Source: Priapulus caudatus
Lineage: Eukaryota
Length of the DNA stretch: 64,000 nucleotides
NCBI RefSeq assembly: GCF_000485595.1
Contig: NW_014577089.1
Coordinates: forward strand, 287,485 to 351,484
Direction: 5' to 3'
The stretch's first letter is position 1; each line of letters opens with the position of its first letter. The position numbers and the translations under genes were made by a program. The notes below the pieces were generated by a model. It saw nothing but the letters and a program-made list of their open reading frames with translations. It ran no database searches and had not been told where the DNA came from. Positions 48,401 to 62,200 of this stretch are shown piece by piece.

Positions 48401-51400
48401 TGCGCAGTTACATGATGAAGCACGTTATCGCTTGTACATTGACTGTTGAAAAGCAAGATATGGTGTGTCTTTCTAGGATGTTGTTCTCATGAGAGCCCTC
48501 AGAGATATGAACCTACCCAAGTTCGTGTTTGAGGACGTGCCGCTGTTCCTCGGTCTCATATCGGACCTCTTCCCAGGGCTGGACTGCCCACGTGTTCGCT
48601 ACCCAGACTTCAATGATGCCGTTGAGGGAGTGCTGCAGGAGAATGACTACATCATTCTTCCTGAACAGGTATATGGCACATGGCCTATCTTGCCGTGAAT
48701 GACCATATAGAACGTAACATTGATAATGATGATATAACTAAATGTTCGTAATGGCTGTTGCCGTGATGGGTGATACAATTTCACTGTGATTATTGGCCAG
48801 CATATTGAAATGTGTTTATTTTGTGTCCATTGTAACAGGTTGATAAGGTGGTTCAGATGTATGAGACAATGCTAACGCGACATACGACCATGGTAGTCGG
48901 CCCCACGGGAGGCGGAAAGTCGGTTGTTATCAATGCACTTTCTCAAGCACAAACACGGTATTCATTTGTTTATTAATCAGTTTTTCATCTTGATGATTTT
49001 GTTATTATTGCATGTATAGATTTTTTAACACTCATTGTCATTTCATAAAATGAAATGAAATGAAATGCTGTAATTCTCACTGGCCTAATGATGAAATATA
49101 TATCCCTTGGATGCAGGAGATACTACTGCATGGTTTCATAACACACAGTAACACACAGTTCAAAACACGAATTCCAGGCTATATGCTCTGTACCCTTTTT
49201 ATTGTCTCTGTTGTTTTGCTTGTTTTCATTCTAGAAAAATGCATCTTGCATTTTTTACATTTGCTGTCAAGTTGAATGTATGTTTGAAAGCACTATATCA
49301 GCTGATTTCAACAGCCATACATGTTTTCCAGGCTTGGTTTGCATACAAAGCTATTTGTGCTGAATCCAAAAGCTATGAGTGTGGTTGAGCTGTATGGTAT
49401 CCTGGATCCTACTACTCGAGACTGGACAGACGGACTGTTGTCTAGTATTTTCCGTGACATCAATCGGCCAACTGACAAGAATGAACGCAAGTAAGGATGA
49501 CTTTACTTATAAATGTTAGAAAAGACTACTAGCTAAAATTACCATGGTATTACGTTAAGCAACTTTCAAGCAAAGGAAACTACATACAGTATAAATAAGG
49601 GGCTAATGTTATTTTGAAGAGGGAAGAATTCTGATTAATTAATCCACGTTAGACTTGCATTTAAAATAGAGTAATTTTCATTAAACTGTAGAATTGTACC
49701 TCCATTCTGCCGTTATACACCCCTTGATCCTTCCCACACAACTCTTCATGTTATTGCTAATAAACAGATACTAAGGTAATATATTATTTTTAAGTCAGTC
49801 AACGAGGTAATGCATGTATCATTTAATATGTATATATATATATATACATATGCTTGTGTTGTTAACAAGGTACATCGTGTTCGATGGCGACGTGGACGCT
49901 CTCTGGGTGGAAAACATGAATTCTGTGATGGACGACAACCGACTATTGACATTGGCCAATGGGGAGCGAATCCGTCTACAAAAACACTGTGCAATGCTCT
50001 TCGAGGTTAGACAATAGTTCTTCATTATTTATGTTTAACATTTGTGTCATGCATGACACGAGTGCATCACATTTGAGACATGGTCAAGATGCACAAAGGA
50101 AAACCAAGAGCTGGAGAATTGAGCATCTAAATTTCCTCCCGCTTCACATATAGTGTACATGTATGGTGTACGCGTAAATAATTATGGTAGAAGAACCAGC
50201 AGTAATAGTCAGTTAATCAATATCAGTACTTAGACAATTACTCTTGCATTACTGCATTTGTTGTCGTTCTTCAGTATGAATAATAATAATATAATAACTG
50301 TAATGTATATATCAGAGAAGGATTTATCCCCCTCATTTGCAGGTGGCAGACCTGCAATATGCGTCACCGGCAACAGTCTCCCGTTGTGGAATGGTGTATG
50401 TTGACCCAAAGAACCTAGGATACAGACCTCACTGGCAGAAATGGATAAATGCAAGGTACGTAATCCTCAATGTTAGTATCCCTCTTAGAACAAAACTGCA
50501 GGGATTAGATTCAAATGTCAATTATTTGTTTAGTAAAAGTTATCATTAAAAGTCACAGTAAAAGTAAAATTTGTAGTAACTGTTGTTCAAATCTATGTAA
50601 TACACCAACAGATTTTGAATATTTGATATTTTTTATGAAACAAACAATAGCAATATGTCTATATGTGTATTTCTCAATAATTAGGTCATTAAATTTATTA
50701 TGAAGAAGAAGACAGTGTTGTGTTGAGATGTTTGGAAACGACTTGAGTATCTTGCATGTGTGATTATCACAGTGCATCATCACACATTAATTAAAACAAC
50801 CAGCCCAATATGACGTTATTAACAGTTATAATTGAAAATTGTACATTTCCGTCATATTCAATTAACACTTATAATTATAACACTATAAATTATAGGTCAA
50901 GCAAAATCGAGCAAGATGAGTTGGGCAAGTTGTTTGAAAAGTATGTGCCATCATGCATAGACATGATTCTAGATGGTATCGTTGATGGTCGTCAGGGTGA
51001 CAAGATGAAGACCATTGTTCCTCTTAGCAACCTCAACATGGCAAGTAGTGCAAATGGAAAAACAATTGTTAATCAAATTATTCATTTATTCACTAGTGTT
51101 GTATGATAGACAGTGTTATGATATATATCTTTATGCGCATGTAGATGCAGAACGATGGGTTATTTTTAGCAGTTATATGTGCTTCACGAAGTAGGATTTA
51201 ACTACAGCACACATTTTTACTCTTCGCTGGTCATAACCCTATTATTAATTGATGTGCTGGACAACCATGGCAACATTACTGAACCCCAAGTTGCTATCAG
51301 GGGTTTGTCTGGGTAATGGTATCTAGTTCCTGATGTAGCACACGGAATGAGCAAGCAGTTGCATGGCAACTTGCTTAGTCATTGAGTTGTAATGGCCAGG

Positions 51401-54400
51401 GCTTACTCAAGGGCCACTTCAATTACTTAATAAGGTACAGTTTTGATAAAAAGTGTCAGTCATTGTGAAAGATATACATAACAATTGTGAAAGCAAAGTA
51501 AATATCACCTTTTAAATTTGAATCACCTTCATTAATTATGATCATTAATGGGCCCAGCCCCATAGTCAGATTAAAATCTGGCCTACATAAAACCTGACTA
51601 TTGAAAGGGTTAGTGCTTGCTGTCTATTGCTAAACCTTCATGTAATGCCTGCTGTCTGCAGTATGTCAGGACTTTTGGCAGATGAATTCACTGAAGTTTA
51701 CCCAATTATCACCATTCTATTAGCACTGCATGACTATCTTTTCTAACAAAGCTCAGGGGAATATCACTGCCATAGTGAGGCAGTTTGATTGGCATCTATT
51801 ATTTATTATAATTATATAATTATAGTTATCTATTCGTGTATTAATTTATTTGTTATATGGCTGTAATACAGTATTGTAATTGGAGCACGTCATATCATGT
51901 ATCACATGAAATAAAGTCATAAGTTGAATGTGTATCTTAAATTAAATGGCTTTCACAATGAGCGCCAAAAGCATGTCTGAACAGTTGCAGAAGGAAATTA
52001 TGTCAGATCCAGTAAAACGTAATGATCAGATAGTAAAACACTTATATTTAGTATAGATTTTGATTATTAAAACTTGGGGTAAGCTCAGGCTAGTGTGTGG
52101 AGTTGTTCTTGTTCTCTTGATGGAATGTCACATCACTCAGTCAGTGCCCTAGTAACAATATTATTTACTCATAATTTTACATATAACGAAAAAATTATTG
52201 TCTGGTTGTCTGAGCCACATGTTTTGAGGACCTCTTATACCAATGTTATTCCAGATTGGGAACGATAATGTTCTTTGTTTATAAAACTCCACGTTCCTTT
52301 TACAACCATGCAATAATTATGTGTGTGTGCGCGTGTGGATTAGGTAATAGATCATACAAATTTAGATGATTATTATTTGTATGCGTTTAGGTCACTCAGC
52401 TCTGCTACATGCTTGACTCTCTGCTGACAACGGATATTAATAGTCCTAACCTATTGGAGTGCTTCTTTCTGCAATCACTTTACTGGTCACTGGGAGCAGG
52501 GCTACTTCAAGATGGGAGGAAGAAATTTGATGCGCACGTGAAGCGACTCTGCAGCCTTCCTACTGTCACTGACGATGGCAAGATTGTAGCCGGAGTCGGT
52601 ATGCGCAATTTATAATTCAATTATAATTAAAATTGTATGTTGTCCCGTGTTCTTGCAAGATACCTTAAATACGTATTTGTCTAGTAAAATAGTTATGTAT
52701 ATATTTATAGACAGTATACAACACTAAATATACTCCCAATTGAAACTTGTATAACTATTTCGTCATTAATTCCAGACATCTTACATTTATATTTATATAT
52801 GTCACTATCACTGATTATTATCAATTAAGTTAATATACGATTTAATTGATTAAATTATGTTTTAGGTGAAATACCAACTGGCCAGCCAACGCTGTTTGAA
52901 TACTATTTTGATGGTGAATTGCGCAAATGGATTCCATGGATAAGCAAAGTTCCAGAGTATATACACGATCCAGAGGTTAGATGTTACAAACCACTATTAC
53001 TATATTGGGATGGTAAATAATTGTTCATTTGATGTATCGATATAATAGCTGGCTGTTTAAATGTTAAGAGATATAAGTTTATTATATTGCATATGTGAGC
53101 CATCACCACAAAATGAGTCGTAATGTCCAAAATTGACTTTTTGACATTTTACACATTAGGCAATAAGGAAATATCAGCTTTAAAATGCCATGGTTGTCAA
53201 AATGAAGGAATATTTAATGAAAATGTGACATAAAATATATCTCCTTATTCGGGAATGTATTACCTAGACTTATTGAGAAAACTTCATTTAAAAGTTAAGA
53301 TACTTTCCAGCATCAAAAGTTCTTAGCATGATCGCCATTGGTATCATGATTCGCTTGGTCTGTCCGTTTGTATCGAGGTGCCTCTACCGTAGCTAGAATT
53401 GATTCGGGACCATAGATGGTCACCCATATACAGCACTGAGGCTTTCATATCGTCAATTCAGATGAAGTTTTGTAAGATCTTGGTGCCGACGGTGGATACG
53501 GTGCGTAGTACATGGCTGCTGCGTACCATGGCAAGGGTGCGGCGACCAGTCGTACTCGTAGGAGAGACCGGCACCTCCAAGACGGCAACCACGCAGCACT
53601 TCCTGCGACAGGTCGACCCTGAGAGCACGGTGAGTGCTGCATGTGTCATCTCTGCCTCAGTTACAGAGGTGGCGCCACTAATATGAATTCTGACTGAACT
53701 TGTCATATCTGGTAATGCACACGGTAAACGACAGCATATTGTACATGCCAGAGAACATTGTACATAACAGAGCATATTGTACATGGCAGCATATTGTACA
53801 TGACAGCATGTTGTACATGCCAGAGAATATTGTACATGACAGAGCATATTGTACATGACAGAGCATATTGTACATGACAGAATATTGTACATGCCTGAGC
53901 ATGTCATACATGACAAAAAATGTAAAGCACTTTACATAGCTTATCATATTATGTTACAGAGTATGTAAATGTGTTACACAGTCTGTTGTAAATGACAAGA
54001 GTATGTAAACATGATGGAGCATATTGTACATAACAGAGAACATTACAAGATTGTACATAACAGTGTATGTAGGACATGTTACAGGACATATTGTACGTTA
54101 AATAATATCTATGTAGGACATGACAGGCCATGGAGAACGTTACAGAGCATGTGAAATGTGAAAAAAACATGTAAGAACTGAACAGCTGAGCTATATAATG
54201 TGTAGCAACGAGAACATTGTAGGTTGTTATACAAGCTATTGTGCTTCATTCTGTAATTAACTATTGCAAACCTGCTCATCAGACTACATCGTTCTTTTCA
54301 GCTTGTACTCAACGTAAACTTTTCGTCACGGACCTCGTCCATGGATGTGCAGCGTGCCTTGGAGGCAAGCGTCGAAAAACGCACCAAAGACACCTACGGG

Positions 54401-56223
54401 CCACCACCAGGCAAGCGTCTGCTCATCTTTGTGGACGACATGAACATGCCACAGGTATGTGAGCAACGTCTGCACTCGAAACGATGCTTTATATGGTTAA
54501 TTATCTTCTATGGTAATGTGGCTGGTCATGTACACTAATGTGGCATCGTATAAAATGAATATATCTTAAAACTTATACTACTGATAAATGGTATTTAAAA
54601 TGTATGTTGAAGATAAAACAACATTAACTGATTATGTTGATTAACTGACGATTTAACTTGCACGATATTTTTCACGTTTCTGTGCTTGTAGGTAGATCAG
54701 TATGGCACTCAGCAGCCAATTGCTTTGCTAAAGTTGCTGCTTGAAAGAGGAGGAATGTATGACAGAGGAAAAGATCTCAACTGGAAATACATCAAGGACA
54801 TTGGTTGTCTTGCAGCCATGGGCAAGGTTAGCATTGGTTTTTATTTTGTAGTCATCATTTAGTAGTGCCATCAATGTTGCTCATTACAAGTCACAGCTCC
54901 ATTGCAGAGATTTCCTAATGCGCACTTCATGAAATTGGCAAATCAGTAGTGCTTTTATGTTAAGTAATTAGATACTGCACTCCTGTGTCTAATTTACTTT
55001 CAACAGATTCTTTTGGGCGGGGATTTATGTAAATGCCATGATCTTTGATGCTTTGTTGTTGAAGGGTATATCTTTCTCTGGCATATAACTATTTTTACGT
55101 TGACGTATTGCTGTCATGTAGGCTGGCGGAGGGCGTAATGAGGTCGATCCACGCTTCATCTCCCTGTTCACGGTGTTCAACATCACATTCCCAACTGATG
55201 AGACACTCTATCACATTTACTACTCTATTCTCAATGGTCACACTGATGGCTTTTCGGAGGAAATCAGGTATGAGATGGAATACTCATGGCCATTGCGAAG
55301 TATTGACGTATCCGCCTGGTTAACAAGCAGTTTTATCCAGTATTCTAATTATTCTTGTCTTTGTTTTATGCGTATATATTATTGTGGTTTAAACGTGTTT
55401 TGTCAGTTTGTTACATAACATTTTAATTTTTGTACTGCGAACTCCCTCATTTTGTTGTGGATTTTAAGAGCAGTGGACTCCCTTGATCAAAGGTTAATTT
55501 CTACCCCTGATACCTACATTTAAATTGATTTGACATTTTATTATGCTATTTCACTGTGTAGAGCTGTGGTTGGAAATATCACCAAAATGACATTGGCGTT
55601 ATACCAGAAAGTTATTCAGGATTTACCACCAACACCAAACAAGTTTCATTACATATTCAACTTGAGAGATCTGTCTAGAATATACAATGGTCTATGTCTC
55701 ACCATTCCAGACAGGTATGACTTTAATTATGTAATGTATTTAATTATTAATGTTATCCTAGGTGTTTTAGGATGCGGTAATCATCTACAGCACATAAAAA
55801 CTTAAAATGTGGTTGCATATAGCTATCAAATTCATAACATGTTTGTACATATGAGTTTATTTAAAAATTCTTTGAATTTATAATAATAAAATGTTTTGAG
55901 TAACTTGAAACTTAATTCCCTTCTAATGGACGATCAATCTTTTAGGTACCAGCAGGTGGAACAGTTCGTGCGTGTGTGGAGGAACGAGTGCATGCGCATT
56001 ATCTATGATAGGCTGATAAACGAACAGGACAAAGACCACTTTCACGTATGTATGGGGTTCTGAAAACACCTAACAATTGGGTTGTAAACAATTTCCCATA
56101 TTGTTATGATAATGGTATACTGTATTCCTTAGTTTTAAGCCACACATTAACATTATGAGCCATGTGCTATAACTGACTTCTTGAACGTACATATATATAG
56201 AAGACAATAATTTCATCTGTATA

Positions 56224-56261
<38 letters not shown>

Positions 56262-59200
56262 GGTCTGTCTGTCTGTCGGTCTGTCTGTCTGTCTATCTTT
56301 CTGTCTATGGGTCTGTCTTCCGGTTATCTCTCAGTCTCCCTCACCCACTCCCTCCTCTCTTTCTCTCTCTCCATATATATCATATATGAACATATAAATG
56401 TAAAATTTATATTATATTCATATATGCTGGTTTGTATAGAAAGTGTTTTTTCAGCCACGCTTTGCTTATGAGTTATGGTTATAATTAAAATATATATACA
56501 ATATATTAAAAATAAATAACTCACTGCAGCGGTTGCTCAGTGAGCTAGCAGAAGAAAACTACCCTACGAAAGCAGAGTATGTGCTCCGTGATCCTCTACT
56601 GTTTGGAGACTACCGCGCATTCCTGGCAGAGGGAGAACCTAGGATATACGAGGACGTTCAAGACTATGATGCAGCCAAGGCCCTATTTACTGAGGTATAA
56701 CTATCACAAACTAGTTATGTAAATGTTTTGTTCTGAAACACTTAAATGCTACTATGTATCGGTATATATAGTATGGGTATATATCAAGAGTACATAATAG
56801 AGATGTATGTATGTACTATTATGTACTCTTGGTATATATGTATATAGTTGCTTATATAAGTGCGATATAAGAAAAAAAGTGAAAATCTTCCCTGATATTC
56901 CAGTGGTTGATATATTAACAGTAACGAGTGCTGAGGTGTTATGAGTTCAGTAATAGCTGCATTGCGGTCGCACTTCGTGCAGATCTTGGAGGAATACAAT
57001 CAGCACAATACTGTGATGAATCTCGTCCTGTTTGATGATGCACTGGAACACCTGACTCGCATTCACCGTGTGATTCGCATGGACCAAGGCCACGCCCTAC
57101 TGGTGGGCGTCGGGGGCAGTGGCAAGCAGAGTCTCTGCCGGTTGGCTGCTTTCGCTGCACAGTGTGAGGTAATTAATTCACATCAATATTACCGTATATG
57201 ATCGCGTAATAACTGCAAATTTGGCCTCAGATTTCAACCCTGTATTTGCTCTGCGGTTTATAAGTGCGTCATACCGTGAGGGGAAATATACTAGGCGCAA
57301 TACTTGGTTACCCGATTCAAATTGAGGTGCGGCTTATAGGCGCCCGCGGTTATTACGCGATCATATAGGTTAGGTGTGTTTTTAATCATCTAAATTGAAT
57401 GTCGTTATATTATGTCATTAAATATTCATGTTATGGAACTACATAATATGCAGTGATCAGAATATAGCAGAAGTGCATACGGTTATAAAATATGTAAATA
57501 ATTAATATTATTATATACTCTTGTAGCAGGCAGAAGGTCATGCATTCGTTGTTATGCATCTGTTAACAAAACATTCTTAACACTAATTAATTGCTTATAC
57601 TGATTTCTGACTGCCTCACAGGTGTTTGAGATTACACTAAGCCGTGGCTACAATGAGAGCAACTTCAGGGATGATCTCAAAGTATTGTATAATAAACTTG
57701 GCCTGGAAAACACAAAAACGGTCTTTCTGTTCACAGATGCTCATGTCGCAGAAGAAGGTAAGTGGTATACGATATAATACCTGATAACACATTCGGCATT
57801 TTAATCCAATTTATAGCTCGTCTGACATATTCAGATAGATCTTGTGCAATGGAAAACGCATCCCTCCTTTTATCAACAATATGGGCACAAATCTAAACAG
57901 CTTGATGTATGGTGCTGATAATCGGGGAGTGAGAGTGCAATTCGAAGTAACAACAAGCAGCAGCAGCAAATGTTGTGTGAATGCTAAGCTAATTAGCTTG
58001 TCACGAAATCATGATAACGAAATCACAAAATCACGAAATAATAGAGCGCTGCCATATTTGTTCTGGCTTACACTTGCACCAGTCTTCCCGCAGCAGGCCA
58101 TTGACATAATTGAGTGTACAATAATATGCTAACATAGAGCTCTTAATGTTCCAATAGCATCCGTTATTTTTACTCCTAATTAATTACCTACTTCAACATA
58201 CGTACCTTCTTCTTTCTCTACAAACCTATTTGCATATATATCATGTTTAATATGAAGTATGAAGATATTAGAATATGTGAAATGTGTTGTGTTAATTATA
58301 CCTCCGAATCTACAATAATTATTGTACTATATAGTATATTGAGTATAATACTGGCTGATTTCTTCTTACATAAAAGGCTTTCTGGAGCTGATCAACAACA
58401 TGTTGACGTCAGGAATGGTTCCGGCATTATTTCCTGATGATGAGAAAGAAGCAATTATTAATCAGGTGCCTTTTCATATGTGGATAGGTTTTGTCAATAG
58501 GTGCAATGACTATACCTTATGATTATATCTTCCGAATTGGTGCTGTACCTGTGTCCTGTTTCAGACCTCGTTTAACAAAGCCTCATTTAATGGATTTTGA
58601 TTTAACAGACAAGAACAATTCTTTTAATAGACACGTACTGCATGATAGCATGAAAGTATATATAATCAAGAGCGTATAACGGTGAAATGCTGAAACCATG
58701 TTGCAGTATTAATCGAATTAAGAAACTGCTCGTTTTATTTTGACGATTCTTTGTGGTATTATTGATCAGCTGTCCTACCTTGCTAATATAAAACAAACCG
58801 CTTGTCCCTATATACGATGCCCCTATGCTGAGATTAATGAGCGGTGGAAATCTGGTATTTTTGCCGAAAAACCGACTCGAGATCCCTGTTTGCTGGCGAC
58901 CCTCTCTCGCTTTGTGGCCAGTGTGTTCTTCCGGCGTGCTGTGTAGCGCCATGGCTAGCGCTGACTCATTACGTCAGGTACTACAGAATTTACTACATCC
59001 AGCGTGAGGTGCCACAGGTAGGGGTCATCACTATGGCAATCAATAACAGACGTCATTCATTCCATTTGTCAATCATGAGCGAAACACGCGAGGTTTCCCG
59101 AAGTTATCTCAAAGCGAGAGACAGTCGCAGTCAGCAGTAGGGGCATCGTAGGGTCACATGCAGTTTGTTTTATATTAACAAGGTAGGACAGCTGATCAAT

Positions 59201-62200
59201 AGTACTGCAAAGAATCGTCAAAATAAAACGGGAAAGTTTATTAATTAGACTAATACTGCAACATGGTTTCAGCATTTCACCGTTGTACGCTCTCCTTCTT
59301 TATACGCTCTTGATATAATATATATAGTATATAATATATAATACTCTGAACATGTAAATGCTACTATGCCATTGCTTGAGGCAACGATGCAATTTCATAT
59401 TTTCAAAGTAGGACTGCAAACTTTCAAAGTAGTAGATGGTGTGTCATGTCCGTGTAATGACCTTATATAATGGATTGGTCAATGAGCTAATAACCTTCAG
59501 GAAGATATGTTGTCTGCTGATTATTATAAGATCATTATGACTATCAGTCCCCGTTTCTTTTTCTCTTTATACATCCCTGTAATAGAAAGTGACCAGAGAG
59601 TGCTCATGTTGTGATCAATATTATTACAGGTTCGCAACGAAGCCATGAAAGCTGGCTGCGGTATCTCACGGGAAAACATCTGGCAGTACTTTGTGAAGAA
59701 ATGCTCAAGTAACCTACACGTAGTGCTGGCGATGTCGCCTGTAGGCGAGCAGCTACGCACACGCTGTCGCGACTTCCCCGGTCTCGTCAACGGTTGCAGC
59801 ATAGACTGGTTCATGGCGTGGCCAGAGCAGGCTCTCTATGCTGTCGCCAGCGTGTTCCTGACCGAGGTAAGTCCTACTTTGTTAGTCTCGTGGACACTAA
59901 ACTCACATGCTACAAAGTATGTGCAGGATCCTGATGGTACCATTTGTTTGCAAACACGTTTTTTACAAACACATCTTAGTACTTCTTTACACGTCTTTTA
60001 TTTTCATTGGTGTTCGTGTCTCTGGAAACTTTTTTTCGTTTGAACTTTTTATCATCGAACAAACTTTCTTTTTTTTTTCAATCATGTCTTTTTAAAGGCT
60101 CCGTATTGCGTCGCCTGTTCGCTTTGAGCTGTTATATAATTGTTTGCGGCGCAGTGTAGTGAAGAAGCTGCATGGTGTGCAGACGCATACCTCTGTGACA
60201 ATAGTATATTCTCTTTATCTATTGTGGGAGACACTAATTTGCAACAGTGACGAGTGAATGCGTGTTTACCATTGTGTGTGTCCATGTATATAGAGATATG
60301 TAATTATATGGCTATTTTGCCAGGACATTACATCATTTGATATTTGATGGTAGAGTCAATCCTGTGCCAATATAGTCCCCTCTATTGAATGGCTCATCAA
60401 TCATGTCAACCATAAAATATTTCTCCACTGAAAAATCTTGTGTAGTAGATCTTGTACAGGGACTAAAAATAGCCCCGACCACCGGCCTGTATGGAAAGGC
60501 CACATTTTTATTAAAGTCACTTGACAGTTTTCTTTAGTGACCTGTTTATACAGGTCTGACTGTACAACTAACTAAGAGGTTATACTGCCAACAGAACGAC
60601 AAGATACCACAGAAGCTCCGTGAAGCTGTCGTCAGTCATGTGGTCACCGTGCATCAGCTGGTGGGCAACTACAGCCAGAAGTTCCTGCAGAAACTGCGCA
60701 GGAACAACTATGTGACGCCGAAGAACTACTTGGACTTCATCAACAGCTATGTACGACTTCTAGAGGAGAAGGATGCCTTTATCTTAGCTCAAGTGAGTCT
60801 TACGCAGTCCCGACCTGAATTATATCTTTGTGAAACTCTCCCATTGTCAGCAAACTTTGCACATGTACTCGCTTTTTTGTCTACCCGTAATTTTATGTCC
60901 ATCAAGTTGTCCATAAAATGTCCGTAACTGTCACTTCATAGTGCTAGCTGCCATACAGTACTTCATACACACAGTATCAGAAATCAGTTGGCTTGACAAT
61001 CAATCGCAGTGCTAAGAGTGTCAATTGCGATTTCAGTGCCAGCGGCTTGCCAGTGGCATGACGAAGATTGCCGAGGCTAGTGAGCAGTTGAACGACCTTA
61101 ACGACAAGCTGGCCGTGCAGAAGGTGGCCGTGGAGGAGAAGACAATTGCCTGCGAGTCACTCTTGCAAGAAATCTCTGACGGCACACAGAAAGGCACCGA
61201 GAAAAAGCAGCTTGCCGAAGCCAAGGGCAAGGAAATTGTGGTGCAGACAAAGGTCATCACTGTTGAGAAGGTATTTATATATTTCTCGATGAAGAGTTAT
61301 TGTTAGGATTGGGTATGATGGTAATTGATTGCCTTGATGGTAATTCCTGTTGTTAGTGAGCCTAATATCATGACTGTTTCCTAGTTCTACCAATGCTAGC
61401 AATACTATTTCGTAGTGAGGGGGTCTCTCCCCCTATTCTGATACCATTATCATATTATATATATATTATTATAAGTGCACCATGTTAGTGATTATGAGTA
61501 TCTCTTATTAAGATCTTAATAGTATGTGCAGTCTGAACATTTTGAGAATCAGTAAATCTGGCTACCAAGTTTGTGGACGTTTACGTAATAAGTCATTACC
61601 GCGCGTAGTAGTAGTGTGACAGGGCACACATACTTATGTATAATGAGTCTTTATTACGCAGAGAAATGCAGAAGATGCTTTGGCTGCAGCACTACCAGCT
61701 TTAGAAGCAGCTAGGATTGCTCTAGAGGACCTTGACAAGTCAGATGTCACAGAGATCAGGCATGTTTTCAATATTCATATCTCCTTTCCTAATATTCCTT
61801 TACAACTTTCCATTACCCTAGCAAATCTATAAGAGAGACATGACATATTTATTGTAACACAATTTTAAGCTATATATATGGTCTTGGCTGTTTTTTTTTC
61901 TTCTAAGAAATGTGTTATCTGAATAATTGTAGGTCTTTTGCAAAGCCTCCAAAAGCAGTGCAGACGGTGTGTGAATGCATTGTGGTGATGCGTGGCAGTA
62001 AGGATATCAGCTGGAAGTCTGCCAAAGCAATGATGTCAGAAGCGAACTTCCTCAAATCTCTAATGGAAATGGATGTAGATGCCATCACCACAGTATGTAA
62101 CGTAGAATTAAAGTTGTTATTACATATGAATAAGTGTGATTCGATATACTAGATGGATTGGAAAAGGTTATTGGAAGAAGTCCATGTAAATTAGTTTTTT

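Noticed and set aside
53558..53590. Non-canonical AAA3 Walker A (GETGTSKT) as a sign of pseudogenisation
   Set aside because: As I recall, a GTSKT-type AAA3 loop is normal for DNAH10 orthologues, and the frame is intact throughout.
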